From Ignavibacteriota bacterium (GTDB lineage: Bacteria > Bacteroidota > Ignavibacteria > UBA10030 > UBA6906), in contig CAWDEM010000008.1 in NCBI GenBank assembly GCA_963801355.1, forward strand, positions 2,208,001 to 2,272,000: a stretch of DNA of 64,000 bases, written 5' to 3'. A program made the position numbers and the translations under genes. Below, piece after piece: positions 27,894-36,565 of this stretch. The notes under the pieces are model-generated. The model saw nothing but the letters and a program-made list of their open reading frames with translations, did no database searches and had not been told where the DNA came from. Positions within the stretch are counted from its first letter, which is position 1; each line of letters opens with the position of its first letter.

Positions 27894-29165
27894 CTATCTC
27901 CCTCCTGCCAGTCGATCCAACTCCTCCCAGAACCGCGGGAACGATTTGTCCACGCAGTCAGGCCCGAGCACGCTGACCCCCGGTACCCGTACACCGATGA
28001 GTGCGAAACTCATTGCGAGACGGTGGTCATCGTGCGCGTCCACGGCGGCTCCGTGTAACGGAACGGGCGTCACAATCAACCCGTCGTCAAGCACGGCGAT
28101 GTCGGCGCCGAGCCGGCGCAACTCAGCGGCCAGTGTGCCCAGCCGGTCTGACTCCTTGTACCGGAGGTGCGCCACATTCGTGATCCTCGTCGGCTCGAGC
28201 GCAAACAGGGCCACGGCGACCAGCGTCGGCACGGCATCGGGTGCCCGGTTCATGTCGACCGTAACGCCATGAAGATCACCCGGACACGATACAGCCACAC
28301 CATCAGTCATCCACTCAACCACACATCCCATCGCGCCGAGCACATCCAGGAGACATGCTTCACTCTGCAGCGACTCCCGTTGCATTCCCCGCACAGACAC
28401 GCGACCCCCCGTCACCGCAGCGGCGCCAAAAGCATACGTCGCACTCGATGCATCCGGTTCCACAATATACTGTGCGGGGCGATATGACAGGCCGGGAGGA
28501 ACCCGGTAGACCGGACCCGGCTCTTCAAGCACACCTACGCCGAATTTCTTCATGACATCCATCGTCATCGCGAGATAGGGTGCTGAAGCAAGCGGACCAG
28601 TGAGATGCACGCTGATGCCCTCTGCGGTACCCGGAGTTGCCAGCAGCAATGAAGAGATGAACTGCGAACTCTTCTCTCCGCTGATCGACACGGCACCACC
28701 CCGGAAGGCCCCGCCGTGAATCACGTAACGTCCCAGCCCATCCGGATGCTCGAACGGAATCCCGAGTTCATCGAAGGCCTTGAGCAGGTCCGCAATCGGC
28801 CGTTGTCCCATCCGCGCCGAGGCTTCAAACACCGTTCTCCCCTCGGCACGTGCAGCGACGGAAAGGAGGAACCGCAGAGTCGTTCCCGCATTTCCCACCG
28901 GGATGGGATACCGCGGTGCATGGAGCCTCCCGCCCGTGCCTTCAACCGCGAGCTGACCGGCATTCAGCCTTACCAGAACTCCCAACAGGTTCAGACCGTT
29001 GATCATCTTCGCCGTGTCGGTACTGTCGGACGCGTTGCGGATAAGCGACTCTCCTTTTGCCAGGGCCGAGCACACCAGGGCCCGGTTTGTAAGACTCTTC
29101 GACCCCGGCACAGACATTGTGCCGTGAAGAGGCCCTGTGGGATGAAGGACGCGCGAAGGAGGCAT
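27894..29165 (-). CDS. aroA: EPSP synthase
   Basis: PGSKSLTNR, GNAGT..R, SSQFISS, LRYKESDR, DHRLAMS. Confidence 0.96.
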   Translation of the reverse strand: MPPSRVLHPTGPLHGTMSVPGSKSLTNRALVCSALAKGESLIRNASDSTDTAKMINGLNLLGVLVRLNAGQLAVEGTGGRLHAPRYPIPVGNAGTTLRFLLSVAARAEGRTVFEASARMGQRPIADLLKAFDELGIPFEHPDGLGRYVIHGGAFRGGAVSISGEKSSQFISSLLLATPGTAEGISVHLTGPLASAPYLAMTMDVMKKFGVGVLEEPGPVYRVPPGLSYRPAQYIVEPDASSATYAFGAAAVTGGRVSVRGMQRESLQSEACLLDVLGAMGCVVEWMTDGVAVSCPGDLHGVTVDMNRAPDAVPTLVAVALFALEPTRITNVAHLRYKESDRLGTLAAELRRLGADIAVLDDGLIVTPVPLHGAAVDAHDDHRLAMSFALIGVRVPGVSVLGPDCVDKSFPRFWEELDRLAGGR

Positions 29166-29183
29166 GGATTAGTGGGATTTGGT

Positions 29184-29225
29184 GTTCAGGGTCCGATGTC
29201 TGAGGTGTAGGGCCGGGACTCCGGA
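29184..29225. repeat. Degenerate heptamer array (about GTYCRRG x6)
   Basis: gttcagg gtccgat gtctgag gtgtagg gccggga ctccgga spanning the aroDE stop. Confidence 0.45.
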
Positions 29226-30688
29226 ATCGGATCCCGTGTTGCAGCAATGAAAAGCCGTTTGACATCCGCCGTCAAGGGTCTTCGCCCCGTGAAGAGCCTG
29301 ATCTGCTCAACCGCCTGACGGGCGAACATCTCCACTCCGGTCACCGTCATGATCCCTTGCTGTTCCGCTTTCGCCAGGAATTTCGTCATCGCCGGATTGT
29401 AGATCGCGTCGAATGCAAGGCGGACGGTGTCAGGAATCGACGTCACGGGCGATGCATCGATGTCCGGCCACATGCCCGCCGAAGTTGCGTTCACAAGAAT
29501 TTCGGGATTGAATAACGGTATCTCCTCGATCGTTGTCCACTCCGCGCCGAGAGCGCGGGCCACACGTCTGGCACGTGCATCCGTGCGGTTGGCGATGCAC
29601 ACCATGGCACCGCGGCGGATGGCCTCTCCTGCAATTGCCCGTGCGGCGCCACCCGCTCCGATGACGAGACAACGCCTCCCGGCGACACGGAGCTTGCGCT
29701 CGATGGCATCCAGGGCACCGCACGCGTCGGTGTTCGCCCCGTAGTAGCCCGGGCCACGGCGTACCACGGTATTCACGGCACCCAGCCGGCGCGCGTTTGC
29801 ATCGACCCGAGACAGAAGCTTCAACATCGCCTGCTTGTGGGGAACAGTCACACTGCAACCTTGCAGCACCCCATCAAACGATTCCATGAACCGCGGAAGG
29901 TTGTCCACCCTGAACCGGCAGTAGATGGCATCTCTGCCGAGCCGGCGGTAGAGGGTGTTGTGAATGTATGGCCCCTTACTCTGTCCCACCGGGTTGCCGA
30001 CAAGGCCGAAGACTCTTGTCCGGGGGGTTCGTTCGTGAGCGCGAAAGACACTCCTCAGGGTGGAAGCCGGGAGCTGTCCGGGGGCTGATTGCCGGCCAAC
30101 TTCCGGGCTGGCAAACGTCGCCCACCCGCCGAAGACCTTGTACAGAACGCGGCTCGCCTCTCCCGCTTCACCCATGGCAATGGCAAGCGCCCGCTGCCTG
30201 TCTCTCCGTGCAAGAGTGAGGAATTCCATGGCAGCGCGGATCTGCCAGGCGTCTTCCGCTGCGTAAGCAAATTTCAGAATCTCTGCGCCGGAGTTCTTCA
30301 TCGATCCATACAGCACATCGACGCGCCGGGGATAGCCGGTGAGCACGTGGTGGGAGACAATCCACTGCAGCCGCCCGGCACGCGAACGGAGCTGTCGCCG
30401 GCCCGGGGTCCAGGCATCCAGCTCAAGATCCACGTACCTCGCCCCCGCATCGATCGCCTGCTGGAGCAATTCAAAGCGTTCGCTTTCCGGTCCTTCGAAA
30501 CTGCCCCCTTCTCGCACCGGCCGGCAGGTTGCAATCACCGGCTTCCTGGTTGCTCTGAGTGCCCCGCGCACGTCGGCACCGGCAAGAAGATCAAGGCGGA
30601 GCTCAAAAAGATCCGCGTAGCGCGCCGAAGAGGCGATCTGGTTGAACGCCTCCGGCATCGATGGACCGGTGATAGAGACGATGATCAT
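29186..30688 (-). CDS. aroE: Bifunctional type I 3-dehydroquinate dehydratase / shikimate dehydrogenase (AroD-AroE)
   Basis: N-domain ELRLD, IATCR, YVDLE, MGEAG.ASR, APGQ; C-domain SKGP.IHN, SVTVPHK, GAVNT, NTD, GAGGAARA. Confidence 0.92.
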   Translation of the reverse strand: MIIVSITGPSMPEAFNQIASSARYADLFELRLDLLAGADVRGALRATRKPVIATCRPVREGGSFEGPESERFELLQQAIDAGARYVDLELDAWTPGRRQLRSRAGRLQWIVSHHVLTGYPRRVDVLYGSMKNSGAEILKFAYAAEDAWQIRAAMEFLTLARRDRQRALAIAMGEAGEASRVLYKVFGGWATFASPEVGRQSAPGQLPASTLRSVFRAHERTPRTRVFGLVGNPVGQSKGPYIHNTLYRRLGRDAIYCRFRVDNLPRFMESFDGVLQGCSVTVPHKQAMLKLLSRVDANARRLGAVNTVVRRGPGYYGANTDACGALDAIERKLRVAGRRCLVIGAGGAARAIAGEAIRRGAMVCIANRTDARARRVARALGAEWTTIEEIPLFNPEILVNATSAGMWPDIDASPVTSIPDTVRLAFDAIYNPAMTKFLAKAEQQGIMTVTGVEMFARQAVEQIRLFTGRRPLTADVKRLFIAATRDPIPESRPYTSDIGP

Positions 30689-31770
30689 CTCACGAGCGCC
30701 TGGATCATTGGGGCGGGGAGGCGGACACCGATAAGTGACACGCCGATTCTCCGGAGAAGCACGAACGAGGGCCCGGCGCCGGTGTTCTTCTTGTCGACAG
30801 AAAGGGCATGGAGGAACTTTCCAATTGCAATTCCCGGCGGCACTTGTGTCGGAAGGTGGCATTTCCCGAGCAATCGTGCCAGGCGCAGGCAGTCGTCAAC
30901 ATCCAGAAGACCGGCGGTGACCGCAAGCCGGGATTCCGCCACGAGTCCCACCGCCACCGCCTCGCCATGTCGCATTTCGAAGTCTGTCGCCGCCTCCAGC
31001 GCATGTCCGATGGTGTGGCCCAGGTTGAGCGACGTGCGCAGGCCTGACTCGCGCTCATCTTGTTCGACGACTGCGGCCTTCAATGCCACAGCACGGTGGA
31101 TCATCCGCGCGAGCAGACGGCCGGCGGTCCGGGTCATGCGCGGGATGTATCGTTCCAGCAGACGGAAGAAGTCGGCATCCAGCGCTGCTGCGATCTTGAC
31201 GACTTCGGCGAGACCGTTCCGGAATTCTTCCTGCGGGAGCGTCCGGAGGACCAGAGGGTCGATCAATACGAATGACGGTTGATGGAACGCGCCAATCAGA
31301 TTTTTCCCGGCATGATGATTGATACCTACTTTGCCTCCAACGCTGCTGTCCACCTGCGCGAGAAGTGTTGTGGGCACCTGGATGAACTCCACTCCGCGCA
31401 GAACAGACGCTGCCGCAAATCCCGCAAGATCGCCCACAACGCCTCCGCCCAGGGCTACGACGAGACTGTTACGCTTGATCCCGGACTCGAGCATCGCTCC
31501 GACCAGAGCGTAGTAGATATCAATGGACTTTGATTCCTCCCCGGGGGGCACCTCAAAAAGCACATTGTCGATCCCCGCATCGTCAAGTGCATGCCGGAAG
31601 GCTGTTGCGTACAACCGCGAGACGTTTGTGTCGGTAACCACACACACAGGCCTGCCCGACCACTTTTTCCGGATGAGCAACGGCAGGGTCCTGAGACCGC
31701 CCGGCGCAATCAGAATGTCGTACGAGCGCTCTGATCCCCGCCGTAATCGCACTGTGATCTGGTTTTTCAT
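30685..31770 (-). CDS. aroB: 3-dehydroquinate synthase
   Basis: GGGVVGDLAGF, PTTLLAQVDSSVGGK, LNLGHTIGHALE. Confidence 0.97.
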   Translation of the reverse strand: MKNQITVRLRRGSERSYDILIAPGGLRTLPLLIRKKWSGRPVCVVTDTNVSRLYATAFRHALDDAGIDNVLFEVPPGEESKSIDIYYALVGAMLESGIKRNSLVVALGGGVVGDLAGFAAASVLRGVEFIQVPTTLLAQVDSSVGGKVGINHHAGKNLIGAFHQPSFVLIDPLVLRTLPQEEFRNGLAEVVKIAAALDADFFRLLERYIPRMTRTAGRLLARMIHRAVALKAAVVEQDERESGLRTSLNLGHTIGHALEAATDFEMRHGEAVAVGLVAESRLAVTAGLLDVDDCLRLARLLGKCHLPTQVPPGIAIGKFLHALSVDKKNTGAGPSFVLLRRIGVSLIGVRLPAPMIQALVR

Positions 31771-31777
31771 ACTAAAA

Positions 31778-31806
31778 AGAGTACGGGAACCCTCAGAGAA
31801 AGTCAA
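31778..31806 (-). promoter_or_regulatory. aro operon promoter (leaderless geometry)
   Basis: TTGACT-17-TACTCT-7 nt-ATG. Confidence 0.65.
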
Positions 31807-31874
31807 GAGAAAGAACGATGGAGAGCCGGAGACGGACGCGGTCACACGGGAATCCGGGGTGCAGGCGGCGTTCG

Positions 31875-31903
31875 TTGGAAGTCAGCGGCGACTTTCGTAG
31901 ATT
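31875..31903 (+). promoter_or_regulatory. ubiE/menG-mqnD promoter (leaderless geometry)
   Basis: TTGGAA-17-TAGATT-6 nt-ATG at 31910. Confidence 0.55.
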
Positions 31904-31909
31904 GACATG

Positions 31910-32650
31910 ATGCGCGCCGTTACGCGCCTGGATGCCACATTCACAGCCAAGCCAGCAACCCTGGAAAAACACTACGTCCGATCGCTCTTTGATTCGATTG
32001 CGTACCGGTACGATCTCCTGAATCATCTGCTCAGCGGAGGAATTGACGTATACTGGCGGCGCAGGGCCGTTGAGTCTCTGCGGGAAATCGCACCGCAGCG
32101 GATCGTCGATGTGGCCACGGGCACCGCGGATTTTGCCATCGCCACCCTTCGCCTCCATCCCCGCGAAGTGATCGGCATCGATATCGCAGAACAGATGCTG
32201 ACAATCGGCCGGGAGAAAATCGCACGCAAGGGCCTCCAATCTCTTGTCACACTGTACACCGGAGAAGCCGAACAGCTGGATCTGCCTGACGGCAGTATGG
32301 ACGCCTCGATCGTCGCGTTCGGTGCCAGAAACTTCGAACATCTTGAGAAGGGTTTGGGAGAAATGCGCAGGGTTCTCCGGCCGGGCGGACGGATCGTCGT
32401 TCTGGAGTTTTCCCGGCCCCGGCGATTTCCTTTCAGGCAGATCTACTTATTCTATTTCCAGAGAATCCTCCCTCTTGTGGGAAGGGTTATTTCCAGGAGC
32501 AAGGATGCCTACACGTATCTTCCCGATACGGTGATGCGGTTCCCGGAGGGAGAGGCTTTTGTGGACATCCTGCGCACAGTGGGATTCCGGAACATACAGC
32601 AAGAGCGACTCACCTTCGGCATTGCGACAATCTACACGGGAGACAAATGA
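31910..32650 (+). CDS. ubiE: Demethylmenaquinone methyltransferase UbiE/MenG
   Basis: FDSIA..YDLLNH.LS.G.D..WRR, DVATGTAD, RVLRPGGR..VLEFS. Confidence 0.93.
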   Translation: MRAVTRLDATFTAKPATLEKHYVRSLFDSIAYRYDLLNHLLSGGIDVYWRRRAVESLREIAPQRIVDVATGTADFAIATLRLHPREVIGIDIAEQMLTIGREKIARKGLQSLVTLYTGEAEQLDLPDGSMDASIVAFGARNFEHLEKGLGEMRRVLRPGGRIVVLEFSRPRRFPFRQIYLFYFQRILPLVGRVISRSKDAYTYLPDTVMRFPEGEAFVDILRTVGFRNIQQERLTFGIATIYTGDK

Positions 32651-33489
32651 CCACCTCGGAGAGAATCATTCGCGTCGGCCACAGTCCGGATCCCGATGAT
32701 GCATTTATGTTCTACGGCCTCGCAAGCGGCAAAGTGAAACTCGAAGGAATCGTCGTCGAACACATGCTCGAAGACATCCAGTCGTTGAATGTGCGCGCCC
32801 TCCGCGGGGAACTGCCGGTCACCGCCATTTCCGCGCACACGTTCGCCTATGTCGCCAGCACGTACTGGATCATGCGCACCGGCGCCAGCATGGGTGAGGG
32901 ATATGGCCCGGTGATCATCTCCCGGAAACACACGTCGCTGGAAGACCTCCGCGGAAAGACCGTCGGCACACCGGGACCGCTGACCACGGCGACATTGTTG
33001 TTCAAGACATTCACGACCGGCATTAAAAACGTGGATATGCCCTTCGACGCGATTATGGACGCTGTGGACAACGGAACCGTTGACGCGGGCCTCCTGATTC
33101 ACGAAGGCCAGATTACCTACGCCTCACTCGGCTACAACAAGATTCTGGATTTTGGTGAGTTCTGGGAGAAAGAGACGGGCGGCCTGCCGTTGCCGCTGGG
33201 GCTGGATGTGGTGCGCAAGGATCTGGGCATTGACCTCGCCCGGCGCCTGTCGCTCGGACTGAAGGAGAGCATTGCCTACGGCTACAGTCACCAGGACGAA
33301 TCCATTCCTTACGCCATGCGGTGGGGACGCGGCATCAACCGGGAACTGGGCGCCAAATTTGTGAAGATGTACGTCAGCCAGCTCACGATTGACATGGGAG
33401 AAAACGGTCGAAGGGGACTGGAGGAGTTGTTTGCCCGGGCACATGCAAAGGGATTGATACCGCCGGTGCCGGAGATCAAACTGGTGTGA
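32647..33489 (+). CDS. mqnD: 1,4-dihydroxy-6-naphthoate synthase
   Basis: GHSPDPDDAFMF, LIHEGQ.TY, LPLPLG. Confidence 0.9.
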   Translation: MTTSERIIRVGHSPDPDDAFMFYGLASGKVKLEGIVVEHMLEDIQSLNVRALRGELPVTAISAHTFAYVASTYWIMRTGASMGEGYGPVIISRKHTSLEDLRGKTVGTPGPLTTATLLFKTFTTGIKNVDMPFDAIMDAVDNGTVDAGLLIHEGQITYASLGYNKILDFGEFWEKETGGLPLPLGLDVVRKDLGIDLARRLSLGLKESIAYGYSHQDESIPYAMRWGRGINRELGAKFVKMYVSQLTIDMGENGRRGLEELFARAHAKGLIPPVPEIKLV

Positions 33490-33509
33490 TACACAGGGGT
33501 CAGATCCCC

Positions 33510-34601
33510 TTATGCCTCCACGGGGGCTTTGTGCACTGCGAGTATTTCGTAGAGCGTCGTCCGCTGCGCGGCGTCAAACCCCGATTCATGGATGAGACGG
33601 ATGCATTCCTCCGTGTTCGTGGTATTCACAAAGTTGGCCGCGGCGTGCACATTCTCTTCCTGGAGCGTCCCTCCAAAATCATCAGCCCCGAAATGCAGTG
33701 CAATCTGTCCCACCTTCTTTCCTTCCGAAAACCATGACGCCTGGATGTGGGGGAAGTTGTCAAGGTAGATGCGTGAAAGCGCGATCATCCGGAGGTACCG
33801 CGTCGACGTGGCGTACCTCGGGATGATCTTTTCCAGCGGCGTATTCCCCGGCTTGAAGCTCCAGGGGATGAACGCCGTGAAGCCACCGGATTCATCCTGA
33901 AGATCCCTGATCACCTCGAGATGCTCGATGATATCTTCGTCTGTTTCAAGATGTCCGTACATCATGGTCGCCGTGGTCTTGAATCCGATCGTGTGCGCCA
34001 GGCGCATCACGTGCAACCAGTCGGCGCTGGTTCCCTTCTTGCTGCTGATCTTCTTTTTCACCCGGTCCGACAGAATCTCCGCACCACCGCCGGGAATCGT
34101 ACGCATGCCTGCTTCCCACAGGCGCTGAAGCACACCGTGCACAGGAAGCCCCGACACTTCAGCCATCATGAGAATCTCGGAAGTCGAAAAGAAATGCGGT
34201 TGCACACCGGGCACTTCCTTCACCGTCCGCTTCACCAATTCCAGATAGTACTCAAAGGGAAGTTGCGGATTCACGCCGCCCTGCAACAGCACCGTTGTCA
34301 CGCCCCGCGAGGCGGCGTCTTTGAAATTGGCGATCATCTGATCGACACTGTGTGTGTACTCCCCTTCGTCCCCGGGATGCCTGTAGAAGGCACAGAAGAT
34401 GCAATCAATAGTGCAGATATTCGAGTAGTTCGGGTTCGTATCGATCACGAATGTCACGCGGGGTTCCGGATTCCGGAGGAAGCGGGCTTCATTCGCCAGC
34501 TCGGCCAGGTCCAGCAACTCCGCATCACACAACAGCCAGAGTCCTTCCTTCCGGCTGATGCGGCGGCCCTCGCGTACTTTCGTATGAATGGATGGAAGCA
34601 T
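33510..34601 (-). CDS. mqnC: Cyclic dehypoxanthine futalosine synthase (radical SAM)
   Basis: CTIDCIFCAFYR, LLQGG, PGGGAEIL, FTAFIPW, QASW, GADDFG. Confidence 0.92.
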   Translation of the reverse strand: MLPSIHTKVREGRRISRKEGLWLLCDAELLDLAELANEARFLRNPEPRVTFVIDTNPNYSNICTIDCIFCAFYRHPGDEGEYTHSVDQMIANFKDAASRGVTTVLLQGGVNPQLPFEYYLELVKRTVKEVPGVQPHFFSTSEILMMAEVSGLPVHGVLQRLWEAGMRTIPGGGAEILSDRVKKKISSKKGTSADWLHVMRLAHTIGFKTTATMMYGHLETDEDIIEHLEVIRDLQDESGGFTAFIPWSFKPGNTPLEKIIPRYATSTRYLRMIALSRIYLDNFPHIQASWFSEGKKVGQIALHFGADDFGGTLQEENVHAAANFVNTTNTEECIRLIHESGFDAAQRTTLYEILAVHKAPVEA

Positions 34602-34611
34602 GGAGACGACA

Positions 34612-34654
34612 GTCCGGGGTCTAGGATTCGGGGTTCAGAGTCCGGGCGTTCGGG
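34612..34654. repeat. Degenerate heptamer array (about GTYCRGG x6)
   Basis: gtccggg gtctagg attcggg gttcaga gtccggg (c) gttcggg spanning the mqnEA stop. Confidence 0.55.
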
Positions 34655-36528
34655 CTCAGTGCATCCGTGTTGCGCAGCCTGACGAGCTCGACGTGCTGGA
34701 ATTCCCGGAAGAGGCGGATCGCCTGCCACTCACGCTCTCCCAGCCGGTAGTTGAGTCCCGCGAGATATTCGTGCGTTTCGGCATCCGTGAGTCCGATCCG
34801 CCGCCCATACGCCCCGGCAATCGCGACGAAATCCCTTTCACCTGCATCCAGCGCCGCTTCGACCGCGGCTTTCAGCGTCGTCTTGCGATCGGCTGAGAGT
34901 CCGCGCTGCATTGCCCATACGGCGAACACAAACGGGAGCTTCTGCCAGTTGTACCATTCGGCTGCGAGATCAAAAACCAGTTCGTATCCCCGCAGGCCGT
35001 ACTTGTTTCGCACGATGGCCTCATCACCGATGAGCAGAACGGCGTCGTAGCCGCGGAGATCATTGACCCCGCCGTGCATCCTCTCGAACGTCGCGTGCAC
35101 ACCGTACCGCTTCTCCAGGAGAGTGCGCAGCAACTGCACGGAGGTTGCGGTGTCGTTAACGATCCCGATCCGCTTCCCTTCGAGATCACGCCACCCCTCG
35201 TTGGAAAAGAGCATGACGCTTTTTACCTGATCACGCGATGCGACGCAGAAACCGATCGGTTCAAGGCGATCTTCCTGGGAAAGATAATCCATAAGAGAGA
35301 AGAGCCCGGCATCCATCATGCCCTTTGCGCTCAGCATTCCCATCCGGCGCGGAACCACATGGAGGAACTTTGTGTCCGGAATGGTGAGGTGGGCGTAGAA
35401 CGGGATCGAATTGAGATAGGGGATCTTGCCCACAACATGCTCGGCATAGAGCGTCAACGGATTATAATAGACATCCCTCTCGACAGGAACTTTGCCGGCT
35501 TCGCGGATGATGCGGATGATCTGGTCCTTTTTCAACGCCATGGGGCTCACGGCGCCGGCATCGTGCGCGATTTTCTCCCCACCGACGGTGCCATCCATAT
35601 CGTCCGCACCGAAATTCAGCGCAACGGAGGCCACTTCCTCCGTGAGCATGACCCAGTACGCCTTGATATGGGGGATATTGTCGAGCATCAGGCGCGATAC
35701 GGCAATGGTGCGGAGGTCGTCGACAGCCGACGTGAACCTGTGCCGCGGTTTGATGCCCGTTTCGCCCGGCTGGAACGCCAGTGGAATGAACGTAAGAAAA
35801 CCGCCGGTATCATCCTGGGCCTCACGGAGTCTCATCATGTGCACCAGCCGCTCTTCGATCGTCTCGATATGGCCGTACAACATGGTGCTGTTCGTGGGAA
35901 TCCCCAGCCGGTGCGCCGTCTTGTGAATGGCCAGCCACGCATCCGCCCCGATCTTTTGTGGGAACAGTTCCCTGCGCACACGCTCGGAAAACACCTCGGC
36001 TCCGCCCCCGGGCATCGTCCGCATCCCCGCAGCGTTCAACTGCCGAAGGATGTCCTCGATCGGCATCCTGAACTTTCTGCTGAAGAAGTCGATCTCCACC
36101 GCCGTAAACGCCTTGACGTCGGCATCGGGAAGGTGACGGTGAATGGTCTCAACGATGTCCAGATACCGCTCCCAGGGCCAATCCGCGGGCATCCCTCCCG
36201 TAATGTGGACTTCCTTGATATCCGGCGACAGGCGTGCGAGAATCTCCGCGGACGTCATTTCATATGCGCGGGCATCGCCCTTCTTCGCCGCAAAATCGCA
36301 GAATTTACACGACAGGACACAGACGTTCGTGTGTTCAATTTTCTGGTTGAGCACGAAGTAGACCGCATCGCCGCTTCTGGACTTCTGCACCGCATGCGCC
36401 ATCTTGCCGAGCGAGATGATGTCGGGCGTGCGGTACAGCACCAATCCATCCTCCGGCGACAGCCGTGTCCCACGCTGTATCTTCTCCCAGATGGGGAGCA
36501 GTGTACTATCTCGGAATGCAATCGTCAT
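34621..36528 (-). CDS. mqnE: Fused aminofutalosine synthase MqnE / chorismate dehydratase MqnA
   Basis: N-terminal CVLSCKFC, PGGGAEVF, FIPLAF, HIKAYW; C-terminal GKIPYLNS.PF, VKSVMLFS, ATSV.L, LLIGDEA, LPFVFAVW. Confidence 0.9.
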   Translation of the reverse strand: MTIAFRDSTLLPIWEKIQRGTRLSPEDGLVLYRTPDIISLGKMAHAVQKSRSGDAVYFVLNQKIEHTNVCVLSCKFCDFAAKKGDARAYEMTSAEILARLSPDIKEVHITGGMPADWPWERYLDIVETIHRHLPDADVKAFTAVEIDFFSRKFRMPIEDILRQLNAAGMRTMPGGGAEVFSERVRRELFPQKIGADAWLAIHKTAHRLGIPTNSTMLYGHIETIEERLVHMMRLREAQDDTGGFLTFIPLAFQPGETGIKPRHRFTSAVDDLRTIAVSRLMLDNIPHIKAYWVMLTEEVASVALNFGADDMDGTVGGEKIAHDAGAVSPMALKKDQIIRIIREAGKVPVERDVYYNPLTLYAEHVVGKIPYLNSIPFYAHLTIPDTKFLHVVPRRMGMLSAKGMMDAGLFSLMDYLSQEDRLEPIGFCVASRDQVKSVMLFSNEGWRDLEGKRIGIVNDTATSVQLLRTLLEKRYGVHATFERMHGGVNDLRGYDAVLLIGDEAIVRNKYGLRGYELVFDLAAEWYNWQKLPFVFAVWAMQRGLSADRKTTLKAAVEAALDAGERDFVAIAGAYGRRIGLTDAETHEYLAGLNYRLGEREWQAIRLFREFQHVELVRLRNTDALSPNARTLNPES

Positions 36529-36565
36529 AGCTCGGTCTGCCTGATGGAACATCGGAAACGGAACG

